DNA from: Mantamonas sphyraenae STR306
Lineage: Eukaryota; Protista; CRuMs
Direction of reading: 5' to 3'
Length of the DNA stretch: 64,000 nucleotides
Assembly (NCBI GenBank): GCA_026936335.1
Contig: JAPMXV010000029.1
Coordinates: 62,001-126,000, forward strand
In this document: positions 46,521-58,624 of the stretch, piece after piece
Layout of the letters: the number at the start of each line of letters is the position of its first letter
How positions within the stretch are numbered: the stretch's first letter is position 1
Made by a program: the position numbers and the translations under genes
The notes under the pieces: model-generated
The model's input: the letters and a program-made list of their open reading frames with translations, nothing else
Databases searched by the model: none
What the model was told of the DNA's origin: nothing

Positions 46521-47853
46521 TCACCTCTGCGCCACAAACACCAACGCCGTCCCCAGCAGCGACGCCGTCTGCGCGAGCATGGCCGACGTCACACGCAGCA
46601 CGCCAAACAACCTCACCGCAACTGTGCGGCCGCGCAGCGTCTCTACGAGCAGCGACACGTCCTTTGCATCGACACACTGGCCCAACTCCCACGCTTCGAG
46701 CTGCAGCTGGTCGCGTTCACCCTCCCTGCCCACGACGCTGTCCACCACGACTTGACCATCCCCGCAGACGTCGACGCCGTTGCACACGGCTTCCGCCAGG
46801 AGGAGGGAGCCCGTGTGCAGCCTGCCCATGGGCAACAGCTCGATGACCATGACCACGAGGGTGGAGAGCAGGAACCAGGCCTGGCCCAGCAGGGAGGTCA
46901 CGGGCAGCGACTGCGACGTCAGGATGGACAGCGCCATGGTGACGACGAGCAGCCCGCCAAAGACATTCTTGAGCGACAGGGTCCACGCGAGGACGCCCTG
47001 GAAGCCCTGGATGTCCTGGACGACGCCACGATGCATGCGTGAGAGCCAGCGGACGCGCGGCGTGGTCAGGCTGGCAAACGACGCCATGATGGACGACACC
47101 TGCGCCAGCCGGCTGGCCAGCGTGAGGAGAAAGAGCGGGGCGAGAGCAGGCGTCAACGTGAGGATGGCGCTGTCTTGCAGGGCAAAGGGAAAATCGACCA
47201 GGACGATGGACGACGGGAGCGGCCACGAAAACGCCTCGTCGGTGCCTTGGTCGAGCACGATGGTAAACACCACCACGACAAAGATGCTGATGGCAAACGT
47301 CGACAGGGCCAGGACCCAGCACCACCAGGCCAGGGTCTCGAGACGGCTGCGCTGGGCCGCTTCGACGGCCTCGCCTTGCTCGGACGTGGCGGCCATCTGC
47401 GCCAGCTCTTTGGCAAAGAGGCCAGTCTGTGTGCGGTAGGCAAGGCCGACTGCCCAGCCGCGAGGGAGCACAAATGCCATCATGAGGTGTGTGACCGTGA
47501 GCTGTGTCTGGACACGGTGTCAGCGGAGCGGAGGACGCGCGCGCTGCCTGCCCATACGGTACCTTCCACAGCGTCGCTGCGACCTGCAGCGCCCAGTCAC
47601 TCCCTCGGCCATAGATAAAGGCGCGAATGATAAAGAGTGCACAGCGGGCCAGCTGGACGACGAGGAGGGCGCGGACGACAAAGGTCTGCCGGGCGCCACC
47701 GCGCGGCTCGAGGCCGACAAACCAAAACAGGTCGCACAGGCGGCCGAGAGACGGGAGCAGCTGTGCACGCTTGCTTTGGATGGGGTCAACGATCTGGACA
47801 AGGTCGTCGTCGTCCTCCTCCGCGGTAACGTCGACCAGCTCGGGTTCCTTCAT
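46521..47853 (-). CDS. Gustatory-receptor-like 7TM protein (putative 7TM ion channel superfamily), about 425 aa; intron 47508-47562
   Basis: An aag|gtaccg...gctgac...tccag| intron joins the two ORFs in frame. About 7 hydrophobic segments and no signal peptide. C-terminus VAVRLFGVLRVTSAMLAQTASLLGTALVFVAQR* resembles the GR/GRL TM7 signature (G-h-h-x-h...T-Y-h-h-h-h-h-Q). Confidence 0.65.
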
Positions 47854-47888
47854 CGCGTTGCCTGCGCCCGTGGGTGCACTTGATCACC

Positions 47889-50800
47889 ATGCTCTACGTG
47901 AACGGCAAACGGCACGATCTGACGGGCACTGAGCCTACGACTACGCTGCTGGAGTACCTGCGCGCAAACCGGCTCGTGGGCACCAAGCTGGGGTGCGGCG
48001 AGGGAGGATGCGGAGCATGCACGGTCTTGCTGCAGACGCTGGTTGACGAGACGGTGCACACGCGGTCGTGCAACGCTTGCTTGACGCCTGTGTGGGCTGC
48101 AGAGGGCTGCGCCGTGATTACCATCGAAGGGCTGGGCAACACAAAGGAGATGCACCCGCTGCAGGAAGCGTTGGCAAAGGGCCACGGCAGCCAGTGTGGG
48201 TTCTGCAGCCCGGGGATCGTCATGAGCATGGCCGCCGCCCTGCGCAACAACCCCAAGGCCACCATGCTGGAACTGGAAGAGGCACTGGACGGTAGGTGGG
48301 GGTTCTGGGGAGATTTGTGCACATTGGGAGGTTGCTGACGTATTTTTTTTCTGGGTGCCCACAGGAAACCTGTGCCGCTGCACGGGCTACCGTCCCATTG
48401 TCGACGCGTACAAGCCCTTTGCGAGCGACTACTCGGGGGCGTGCTGCTCGTCGTCGTCGTCGTGCTCGTCGGGCGGATGCTGCGGCGGTGGCAAGGGAAA
48501 AGACGGCTGCGAGCAGCGGCTGAGCGAGCCGATCTTTCCGTCAAAGCTGCGGTCGTACGAGCGGGGCGAGCTGGAGGTGCGCTCACAAGCAGGAGACACG
48601 ACGTGGTACCGGCCTGCGTCGCTAGAGTCGCTGCTCGCGCTGCGTGCGGAGCACGGAGAGGCGCTGCGGGTGGTCATGGGAAACACAGAGCTCGGCATCG
48701 AGACTCGTTTGAAGGGCGCGCACGTCGCTGCGTATGCACACCCGGTACTGATCCCGGAGCTGCAGGAGCTGTCGCATGCCGACTCGACCTTGACCATTGG
48801 CAGCGCCACCACCCTCAGCACGCTCAAGTCGTACCTGGAGACGGAGCTGGGCGAGGATGCAGTGGCTGCGGCCATGGCCGACCAGCTGCGCTGGTTTGCA
48901 GGCAACCAGGTGCGCAACATGGCGAGCATCGGAGGCAACATCATCACGGCGTCGCCCATCAGTGATCTGATCCCTCTCCTCGTGGCCGCAGGCGCCACAT
49001 TCCGCCTCATCGACACCGACGGCAAAGTCGACGATGTGCCCTCGGGCGACTTTTTCCTGGCGTACCGCAAGACGGCCCTCAAGGCCAACCAGCTGCTGCA
49101 CAGCGTGCTTGTGCCGCTGACCGGACCCAACGACCACTTTGCCAACTTTAAGCAGTCGCGGCGCAAGGACGACGACATTGCGATCGTGAGCGCGGGCATG
49201 CGCGTCACAGTGAGCGACGGTGTCGTGACGGCGGCCACGCTGGCGTACGGCGGCATGGCAGCCACCGTCATGACGGCCAAGCTGGCAGGCGAGGCGTTGG
49301 TGGGCCAGCCCTGGACGATCGAGACGGTGCGTGCGGCCATGGAGCTGCTGGACACCGACATGCCGCTGGGAGAGAAAGCACCGGGAGGCATGGTGCCATA
49401 CCGTCGCCGCCTGGCGGCCGTCTTCTTGTACAAGTTCTTCCTGCGCACCCAAGGCCACCCAGAGATGGAGGAGCCGGAGCGGGCGCCCATGAAGGGAGAG
49501 CAGGTGTACTTTGTGGACGACGAAGAAGCTGGTCCCGTGCACAAACCGCTGGTCCATGCATCGGCCTATCAACAATGTACGGGACAGGCGTCGTACACGA
49601 ATGACACTGTTCCCACTGTGGGCGAACTGCACGCGTTTCCGGTGCAGTCAACGTGCCCGAGCGGCAGGATTCTGAGCGTCGACGTCGAGGAGGCGCTCGC
49701 CATGCCTGGCGTGGTGGAGTGGGTGTGCGCAGAGGATGTGCCCTTCAACGTGACGGGCGAGGTGGTGAAGGACGAAGAGGTGTTTGCCAGCGAGCGGGTG
49801 ACACATGTGGGCCAGTGGCTCGGTTTGGTCGTGGCCAAATCTCACAACGAGGCACGGGCGGCCGCAAGTCGAGTCAAGGTGCAGTACGACGCAGACGCGG
49901 AGCCCATCCTGACGATCCAGCAAGCGATTGAAGCCAAGAGTTTCATTCCATGCTCGGAGCGGACGCTGGCGTGTGGTGATGTTGATGCCGTGTTTGCACA
50001 TGCGGATCATGTACTGGAAGGACGCCTCGCCCAAGGACCGCAAGAACACTTCGCCCTAGAGCCCGTTGCAATCGTTGTTTCCCCAGGAGAGGACGGGGAA
50101 AAAATGGATGTGCAAGCGTCTGTGCAGGGTCCCATGATGGTGCAGAAAGCGGTTTCCGAGGCCCTCGGCATTTCCGCAAATCGCGTCAATGCTTTCGTTA
50201 AAAAATTAGGCGGGGGCTTCGGTGGAAAGGAAACCCGGCCTGCAGTGCTTGCCGCTGGTGTCGCTGTTGCTGCGCACAAGACGGGGACGGTGTGCAGGCT
50301 GGTGCTGGATCGAGACGTGGACATGAGCACAACCGGCAGACGCGGCGGCCTGCTGGCGGACTACAAGGTCGCCTTTGACTCCGACGGTACCATCACGGCC
50401 GTGGAGCTTGCTATGTATGTGGACGCCGGCTGCAGCACCGACCTGAGCGCGGCTGTTTTGGAACGCGCCATTCTGCACTGCACAAATGCGTCCGGCATCG
50501 AGTCCGTGAGAGCCAAAGGCGTGTGTGTCAGGACCGCAACGGCGTCAAACACGGCCTTTAGGGGCTTCGGAGGGCCAGAGGCGATGGTGATCTGGGAGCG
50601 CGTCGTCGAGCACGTGGCCGACAGGCTCGGTGTCCGGCCCGAAGTGATCCGCGAGGTCAACATGCTGCAGGTGGGCGCAAAGACGATCTATGGGCAGGAG
50701 GTGGAGAACAACGCAGTGCCTGCCATGTGGGAGTCGCTGAAGGAAAAAATGAGGTGGGAAGAGCTGCTGCAAGAGACGGCCGAGTTTAATGCGTCGCACG

Positions 50801-51795
50801 AGTACCTGAAGCGCGGCGTGTCCATGATGCAAACATGCTATGGGCTCGCTTACGGACATCTCGCACTCAATCAAGGGACTGCCGTGGTTTCAATTCAGCA
50901 GATTGACGGCACTGTGCTGGTGAGCTGTGGCGGCGTGGAAATGGGGCAGGGCTTGTTCAGCAAGGTCCTTGCCGTGGCGGCCCAGACCCTTGGCGTGGAC
51001 GTCGACATGGTGTTTATCAAAGAGACCTCGACGGCAACGATTTCAAACGCGTCTGCGACCGCAGCGAGCATGGGCAGCGACATCCACGGAGCCGCCGTCC
51101 AAGCCGCCTGCTTGAAGCTGATCGAGAGGCTGCAACCATACTTGGATGCGGCAAACGGCGACTGGAAAAAGGCAGTCAAGAGTGCGTACCTGGCGCGGGT
51201 GTCGCTCATGGAGCTAGCCTTCCACAAGGTACCGTTGTCGGGCTACTCCTGGCAGACGGGCGAGGGTACGCCGTACGTCTACCATACCACGGGTGTCGGT
51301 GCATCTGTGGTCGAAGTGGATGTGCTGACAGGCGAGTCCCGCATTCTGGACGTCAAGCTCATCATGGACGTGGGCACATCGATCAATCCGGCGATTGATG
51401 GCGGGCAAATCGAGGGAGCCTTTGCGCAAGGCGTTGGCCTGTATACATTGGAGGAAGTTGTGGCAGGCGCCCGAGATGAGCACAGTTGGTTGCCGCCTGG
51501 CAAGATTCACACTCTGGGCCCTGGCACATACAAGCTGCCCACGGTGGGCAGCATGCCTCGCGAGCTGGACGTCGAGCTCTGGCGCAGCGATGGCAATCCA
51601 AGAGCAGTGTATGGTTCCAAGGGTGTTGGTGAGCCCCCGCTGGCGCTTGCCATGGTGGTGTACTTGGCAATGAGGGACGTGGTACGTGAGGTGCGGAAGG
51701 AGAAGGGCTTGGATGCAGAGTTTGTTTTGGAAACTCCAGCGACGTGCGAGCGTGTGGCCATGGCCATGGTGGGAGAGGCAGAGATGAGTGTATGA
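47889..51795 (+). CDS. XDH: Xanthine dehydrogenase (2Fe-2S, FAD, molybdopterin domains), about 1277 aa; intron 48292-48364
   Basis: GTKLGCGEGGCGACTV, QCGFCSPG, DG|NLCRCTGY, FAGNQVRNMASIGGNI, RRKDDDIA, GGGFGGKET, LERAILH, TAFRGFGGP, GVEMGQGL, GQIEGAFAQG, SKGVGEPP. Confidence 0.95.
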
Positions 51796-52139
51796 ATGGA
51801 TGAGGGTTGATCCCTGGGTGCACTCTTTCTTGTGTGTCCTCCACTCCCCGCCCCCTTTCCACCCACCCCACCCCCCTTCCCCCCAACCCCCCCAACCCAC
51901 CAACCCACCATGACCTACCCAATCCCCCATCCACGACCCACTCCATTGACCCCCCTCCCCCCACCACACCCCCACCCCCCTCCCCCCCCCCTCTCTCTCT
52001 CAATCTTCCGGACGCTCCCCACACGTCTCGCCGTCTCCCACACACAACCCACAAAACCAACCACCCACCCCTCCTACCTCCCACCCAACCCAACCCACCT
52101 TCCCCAACCCACCTCTCCCCAACCCACCTCCCCCCCCAT

Positions 52140-54248
52140 GACCACGACAACCCCCCTCACACGCCCCTCCCTTCCGCGTCCTCTCCACCCCCTCCGACCT
52201 CCCCCGAGGCCCTTGTCCACCACATCCTCAACAACCTGCCCACGCCTCTCCCTCCGGCGAAAACCGCCTCCCTCACCGACGCCCTCCACGCCATCCTCCG
52301 CGACGCCTTTCACCCGTCCTCGCCCCTCTCTGCCGACGCCGCGCGCCACCAGGCCGTCGCGCGCATCCACACCGCCCTCACCGACGCCGCCTGCGACCCC
52401 GACCCTCTCGCCCCGTTTGCCGACCTCTACGACCGCCTCGTCCACCTCGACGCCTCCTCCCTCGCCGAGCCCGCCACAGACGCCTCCTCCATCCTTGTCA
52501 CGCCGGTCCCGCCTCCGCTGGCCACCCGCGTCCGCGCCTACCTCTTTAACCTCCTCGCCATTGCCCACTGGCTGCCTCGCTACACACGCGACGACCTGCA
52601 GAACGACCTCATTGCCGGCCTCACCATCGGCATCATGCTTGTGCCCCAGGGCATGGCCTACGCCCTCCTTGCAAACATGCCTCCCATCTACGGCCTCTAC
52701 TCGTCCTTTGTGCCCCTCATCATCTACGCGTGCTTTGGCACGTCGCGCCAGCTCAGTGTCGGCCCTGTGGCTCTGGTTTCGCTTCTCATTGCCGAGAGTG
52801 TGTCGCTGATCACCCCTCCGGGCACCGAGCTTTTTGTACAGCTGAGCATTGCGCTTGCGCTCCTTGTTGGACTCTTGCAGATCGCCATGGGGCTCCTTCG
52901 CCTGGGCATCCTGGTCTCCTTCCTCTCGCACCCGGTCATCAGCGGCTTTACCAGTGCCAGCGCGCTGATCATCGGCGCCAGCCAGCTGAAGCACCTGTTT
53001 GACGTCAAGCTGCCGACCACACACAACTTTTGGGAGCTGCTGTACGTCATTGCCGAGCGCCTGCCGCAGTCCAACTGGATTTCCATCCTGGTTGGCCTCG
53101 GCGGCGTCGCGATCCTGCTTGCGCTCAAGATGCACCCCAAGCTGAAGCGCGTCCCGGGCGGTCTGGTCGTCGTCATCATCGGCACCCTGGTCGGCTGGGG
53201 CATTGTGTCTTCGGGGGCCCGCCTGCGTGTGCTTGGGCCCATTCCGGCGGGCCTGCCGCTCCCGGCTGCGCCTGCCTTTACCTGGGAGCAGCTGGGCGAG
53301 CTGGTCCCTGCGGCCGTCACCATCAGCTTTGTCTCGTTCCTCGAGAGCATTGCTGTGGCCAAGCGCTTTGCCAGTGCCCACGACTACGACATCGACAGCA
53401 ACCAGGAGCTGGTTGGCCTGGGGGCGGCCAATCTCGTCGGCGCCTTTTTCCGCGCCTTTCCCACGACGGGCGGCTTCTCTCGCACGGCGGTCAACGACGC
53501 CGCCGGCGCCCGGACGCCCATGGCCCAGGTGTTTGGTGCGCTCGTCATCATGCTCACCCTCCTGTTTCTCACGCCCCTCTTTTACTACCTGCCCACCGCG
53601 GTCCTTGCCGCCATGGTCCTCGTTGCCGTGCGCAACCTGATCAACCTGCGTGAGCCGCGTGAGCTGTGGCACAGCAGCAAACAGGACTTTGCGATGCTGC
53701 TGCTGGCCTTTCTGGCCACGTTGTCCATCGGCGTCGAGCAGGGCATCCTGATTGCGATGGCTGTGTCCTTGCTGCTCGTCGTGCTGCGCGTGGCCCGCCC
53801 GCACAGCGCGGTGCTCGGGCGCCTCCCGGGCACGGTGGCGTACCGCAACGTGAAGCGGTACCCGCACGTCGAGACGTTTGCGCACATTGCCATCCTCCGC
53901 GTCGACGCACCCCTGTTTTTCTTCAACATGGACTGGTTCCAGGCCAAGGTCGATCGCATTGTGCGCCGCCTCCACCCGGAGCTGTACACGCTCATCATCG
54001 ATGCCAGCGCAATCAACGACGTCGACAGCGTCGCCCTGCACACCATCGAGCACCTTGCCGACGACTTTGCGGCCAGCAATCGCCGCATTGTCTTTGCCGC
54101 CCTCAAGGGCCCTGTGCGCGACAAGTTTGACCTCCACGGCATGGACTGCATCCCTGCCGATGCGCGATACCTCACTCTCCACGACGCCGTGGTGGCCGAG
54201 TGCCAGAAGCGCCCTGACGAGCACGAGCACAGCGACGAGGAGGTGTAG
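52140..54248 (+). CDS. SLC26/SulP anion transporter with STAS domain; 5' end uncertain in C-rich low-complexity sequence
   Basis: DLIAGLTIGIMLVPQGMAYALLA..PPIYGLYSSF..GTSRQLSVGP, NQELVGLG, GGFSRTAVN; STAS IIDASAINDVDSVA. Confidence 0.93.
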   Translation, partial: DHDNPPHTPLPSASSPPPPTSPEALVHHILNNLPTPLPPAKTASLTDALHAILRDAFHPSSPLSADAARHQAVARIHTALTDAACDPDPLAPFADLYDRLVHLDASSLAEPATDASSILVTPVPPPLATRVRAYLFNLLAIAHWLPRYTRDDLQNDLIAGLTIGIMLVPQGMAYALLANMPPIYGLYSSFVPLIIYACFGTSRQLSVGPVALVSLLIAESVSLITPPGTELFVQLSIALALLVGLLQIAMGLLRLGILVSFLSHPVISGFTSASALIIGASQLKHLFDVKLPTTHNFWELLYVIAERLPQSNWISILVGLGGVAILLALKMHPKLKRVPGGLVVVIIGTLVGWGIVSSGARLRVLGPIPAGLPLPAAPAFTWEQLGELVPAAVTISFVSFLESIAVAKRFASAHDYDIDSNQELVGLGAANLVGAFFRAFPTTGGFSRTAVNDAAGARTPMAQVFGALVIMLTLLFLTPLFYYLPTAVLAAMVLVAVRNLINLREPRELWHSSKQDFAMLLLAFLATLSIGVEQGILIAMAVSLLLVVLRVARPHSAVLGRLPGTVAYRNVKRYPHVETFAHIAILRVDAPLFFFNMDWFQAKVDRIVRRLHPELYTLIIDASAINDVDSVALHTIEHLADDFAASNRRIVFAALKGPVRDKFDLHGMDCIPADARYLTLHDAVVAECQKRPDEHEHSDEEV

Positions 54249-55048
54249 ATATGAAATGAAGGCATGCACATGCTCGCCCCTGCGGCGGAAACCTCAACGA
54301 ACGACTTGAGCGTCGCGGGACACGTAGGAGTGGTGGTGGTGCTGATGCTGGAGGAATTTGCACGCGGCGATTTGATTTCCCAACGTCTCTGCAGTGCTGT
54401 GGGTGGCGAGATTGCAGACTTGAGGCATACGTCCGCAGGTCCATATGTGTGGCGGTGAAACTGAGCAAGACTCAACTCGTTTTTGGCAACTCTGTTCTTT
54501 TTTTTCTCAATCGTGCTCGTTCCCATCTTTACCATGCATGTTCATGCCCATCTTGTCACTCTTCAATCCCATGCTACCTTCTCCAGCATCCTCCAAGGGG
54601 GAAGGGGGAGGTGGGGGGTGGTGAGAACTCGTTCTCGCTTTGCATGGTGACGTGGCTGGATGTGCCAGTGCCAGTGGAGTGCGGTCCATTGTACCTCCAT
54701 TGCAGTTGGTGGATGGGGTGTGGTGATGGGGGAGGTGAGGGTAGGGAGGATGAGCCTGGGTGTGGGCGGCCAAGGCAACCTTGGACGACTGGCATGGCAC
54801 GTGTGTGTACCGTTCACCCTGTCAGGCACGTGGCATGGATGGATTGAGTCGTAGCTTGTTCTGGTGGTGTTTATGGGTTTGGTCGGCGGGTTGGTGGCGA
54901 AGTGGTCTCCACGGGCCTCTGGTTGATGCTGTGCGTGGTGGAAACTATGGTGACCCGTTGGCCCTTGGTGACACCTTGGCTGTATCAATGACACGGGCGC
55001 GAGTGAGGAACAACAGCACTCGCTGGACCCTGCGACTGGAGCATCGCT

Positions 55049-57930
55049 CATGAGTCTCGCCTTCAATTCGCTGACATGCAGACGTCTAGGGAAACAAAGA
55101 GGGCGACGATGGATCGGAGTGGGGTCGCACACCCCGGATTGCAGAGCTGGCACAAGGTGGATGCATCCGCCAATGTGAAGCAGCCCAGGGTGCGTGATTC
55201 CCACGTGCAGTGGGTGCATACCATTCAAAGTGTCCATCCTCCAGCGGTCTGTGCCCATTGCACAAGATGGATCAAGACATGAGCAGGGATGGGGTACCAG
55301 AGAGCGGGGGCATGCGGGTGTGCATTGGCTGTGTGTGTGTGTGTGGCAGGCGCCGCCTCATCGTCGCAGGTTGGGATGTCGGTCCTGGATGGTGCGCAGC
55401 ATCTGGGCTGCCCGAGGGTTGTGGGACGTGGATGGGTCATGGATGGTGTAGTTGAGCCATCGTCGCTCACCGGGACTCAGGATGGTCCGATGGTGGTTGT
55501 CGTCCTGCTGCCGGTAGTGGGCAGCGAGTCCTCGCTGGTGGGCAGTGGACCCGATTGTGAAGCGGTATGGGTTGGTGGACATGGTGGGGGTTGTCAGTTG
55601 GGTTGGCTGACTCTGTGCACATGGCAGCCGCGCCCTGTCTTTTGTGATGGCCACTGCATGCAGACAACTGCGTGCCGTCGTCGAGGGAGGATGCAAGGGA
55701 GGATGCAGGGCGTGTGGAGCGGAGGGAACGCGTGTGCAACATAGGGAGGATTGCAAGCACAGAGACCAGTGCAAGGTCCACCACTGCTACCAGCAAGGAG
55801 CAGAGTGGGATGGCCTTCCTGCACCCAATGTGAGCACAGGATGTGTCTGGACTGTGCCAGGATGGACATTGCAGCGCAGATGGAGTCGTGGGCGGGTGGG
55901 AAGGGGCAAAAGAAGAAGGAGGTGAGAGTGTCGACCAAGACGGCGATGAGGGTGCTGCAGAGCAAGCGGGACAAGGAAGCGCTGGCCAAGCTGGCATGGG
56001 ATGTGCACACAGCCAAGTGGCATGCGCGTGTGACGCCAGACTGCGAGGGCAAGGTGGATCCTGTGGTGGCACAGAGACAGGGCAGCGCATGATGCGAGTG
56101 TGAGCGATGTGGCGCGAGTGAGGAACAACAGCACTCGCTGGACACTGCAACTGGAGCATCACTCCGCAAAGTCGGTTTCATGAGTCTCGCCTTCAATTCG
56201 CTGACATGCAGACGTCCAGGAAAACGAAGAGGGCGACGATGGATCGGAGTGGGGTCGCACACCCCGGATTGCAGAGCTGGCACAAGGTGGATGCATCCGC
56301 CAATGTGAAGCAGCCCAGGGTGCGTGATTCCCACGTGCAGTGGGTGCACACCATTCAAAGTGTCCATCCTCCAGCGGTCTGTGCACATTGCACAAGATGG
56401 ATCAAGACATGAGCAGGGATGGGGTAGCAGAGAGAGGGGGCATGCGGGTGTGCATTGGCTGTGTGTGTGTGGCAGGCGCCGCCTCATCGTCGCAGGTTGG
56501 GATGTCGGTCCTGGATGGTGCGCAGCATCTGGGCTGCCCGAGGGTTGTGGGACGTGGATGGGTCATGGATGGTGTAGTTGAGCCATCGTCGCTCACCGGG
56601 ACTCAGGATGGTCCGATGGTGGTTGTCGTCCTGCTGCCGGTAGTTGGCAGCGAGTCCTCGCTGGTGGGCAGTGGACCCGATTGTGAAGCGGTATGGGTTG
56701 GTGGACATGGTGGGGGTTGTCAGTTGGGTTGGCTGACTCTGTGCACGTGGCAGCCGCGCCCTGTCTTTTGTGATGGCCACTGCATGCAGACAACTGCGTG
56801 CCGTCGTCGAGGGAGGATGCAAGGGAGGATGGAGGGAACGCGTGTGCAACATAGGGAGGATTGCAAGCACAGAGACCAGTGCAAGGTCCACCACTGCTAC
56901 CAGCAAGGAGCAGAGTGGGACAGCCTTCCTGGGCACCCGACGTGAGCACAGGATGTGTCTGGACTGTGCCAGGATGGACATTGCAGCGCAGATGGAGTCG
57001 TGGGCGGGTGGGAAGGGGCAAAAGAAGAAGGAGGTGAGAGTGTCGACCAAGACGGCGATGAGGGCGCTGCAGAGCAAGCGGGACAAGGAAGCGCTGGCCA
57101 AGCTGGCATGGGATGTGCACACAGCCAAGTGGCATGCGTGCGTGACGCCAGACTGCGAGGGCAAGGTGGATCCTGTGGTGGCACAGAGACAGGGCAGCGC
57201 ATGATGCGAGTGTGAGCGATGTGGCGCGAGTGAGGAACAGCAGCACTCGCTGGACACTGCAACTGGAGCATCACTCCGCAAAGTCGGTTTCATGAGTCTC
57301 GCCTTCAATTCGCTGACATGCAGACGTCTAGGGAAACAAAGAGGGCGACGATGGATCGGAGTGGGGTCGCACACCCCGGATTGCAGAGCTGGCACAAGGT
57401 GGATGCAACCGCCAATGTGAAGCAGCCCAGGGTGCGTGATTCCCACGTGCAGTGGGTGCACACCATTCAAAGTGTCCATCCTCCAGCGGTCTGTGCCCAT
57501 TGCACAAGATGGATCAAGACATGAGCAGGGATGGGGTACCAGAGAGAGGGGGCATGCGGGTGTGCATTGGCTGTGTGTGTGTGTGTGGCGGGCGCTGCCT
57601 CATCGTCGCAGGTTGGGATGTCGGTCCTGGATGGTGCGCAGCATCTGGGCTGCCCGAGGGTTGTGGGACGTGGATGGGTCATGGATGGTGTAGTTGAGCC
57701 ATCGTCGCTCACCGGGACTCAGGATGGTCCGATGGTGGTTGTCGTCCTGCTGCCGGTAGTGGGCAGCGAGTCCTCGCTGGTGGGCAGTGGACCCGATTGT
57801 GAAGCGGTATGGGTTGGTGGACATGGTGGGGGTTGTCAGTTGGGTTGGCTGACTCTGTGCACATGGCAGCCGCGCCCTGTCTTTTGTGATGGCCACTGCA
57901 CGCAGTCAACTGCGTGCCGTCGTCGCCATC
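55049..57930. repeat. About 1.12-kb tandem repeat (2.6 copies), a mosaic of the 59310-59860 block and deleted fragments of the RBR gene
   Basis: catgagtctcgccttcaattcgctgacatgcagacg recurs at about 55049, 56180 and 57292. 55690-56110 and 56812-57222 match 61870-62342 with deletions. Confidence 0.93.
55358..55582 (-). CDS. 74-aa hypothetical microprotein, copy 1 (others at 56484-56708, 57600-57824, 59543-59761)
   Basis: MSTNPYRFTIGSTAHQRGLAAHYRQQDDNHHRTILSPGERRWLNYTIHDPSTSHNPRAAQMLRTIQDRHPNLRR*. The frame is preserved in the diverged copy at 59543-59761, including a frame-preserving indel. Confidence 0.45.
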   Translation of the reverse strand: MSTNPYRFTIGSTAHQRGLAAHYRQQDDNHHRTILSPGERRWLNYTIHDPSTSHNPRAAQMLRTIQDRHPNLRR

Positions 57931-58624
57931 CAAGTGGGCGGTGGGTGGCCTTGCTGGGTTGAATTCCCTGACCAGCGTGTCTCTCGCACGAACAGTTACC
58001 AGTGGCCACTGTCCATTTGTGCGTGTGTGTACACTGTGCCAGAGTTTAGTCTCGGCGAGAACGGAACAGCACGGGTGAAAGTGGGAATGTGGACGGCCAG
58101 CTTCCGTGGCCGATTTTCCATCGTCATTGACACAATGGCTTGATAGAGCGTCGTTCCCACCCCCTTCTTCGTAATACACACACGCTGGGTTTATCCAAAC
58201 TCCTGGCTATTGCTCATCTCGTAGTTCGGGCGTTCGCATCTTTTTGCGCAAGTCTGAGCGTGCTCCTCCTGATCGTTGGTAGTGCACCCATTGGGTGGAA
58301 GATGGCATCGCACGAGAGACATGTTGAACTGATACTGGCTGGTGGTGTCGTAGATATCGATTCCGCCTGGGCGAGCTTGCAGGGCCGGAAAACACGTCAA
58401 GGGTGCAGCAGAGGTAGATTGTGCCCAGTTCTTCCGGCAGTGACCTGTTCTGAATACGATGGAAGTGGTGGAGATGTGCTGGTGGACATTGTGGAAGGGG
58501 GACTGGGGGGTCATGCGTTGTGGATTCAGGTGGCACTTGAGAGTCGCGCTTGCATGTGCGGTGGTGGCCACAGAGGACCCTCCTCGGTGGAGAACAACGT
58601 TGTCTTTCGGGCGTTCTTTGTTGG

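Noticed and set aside
51807-52140. Pro-rich N-terminal extension of the SulP ORF
   Set aside because: C-rich low-complexity sequence starting at a non-ATG codon 12 bp after the XDH stop; likely intergenic or intronic.
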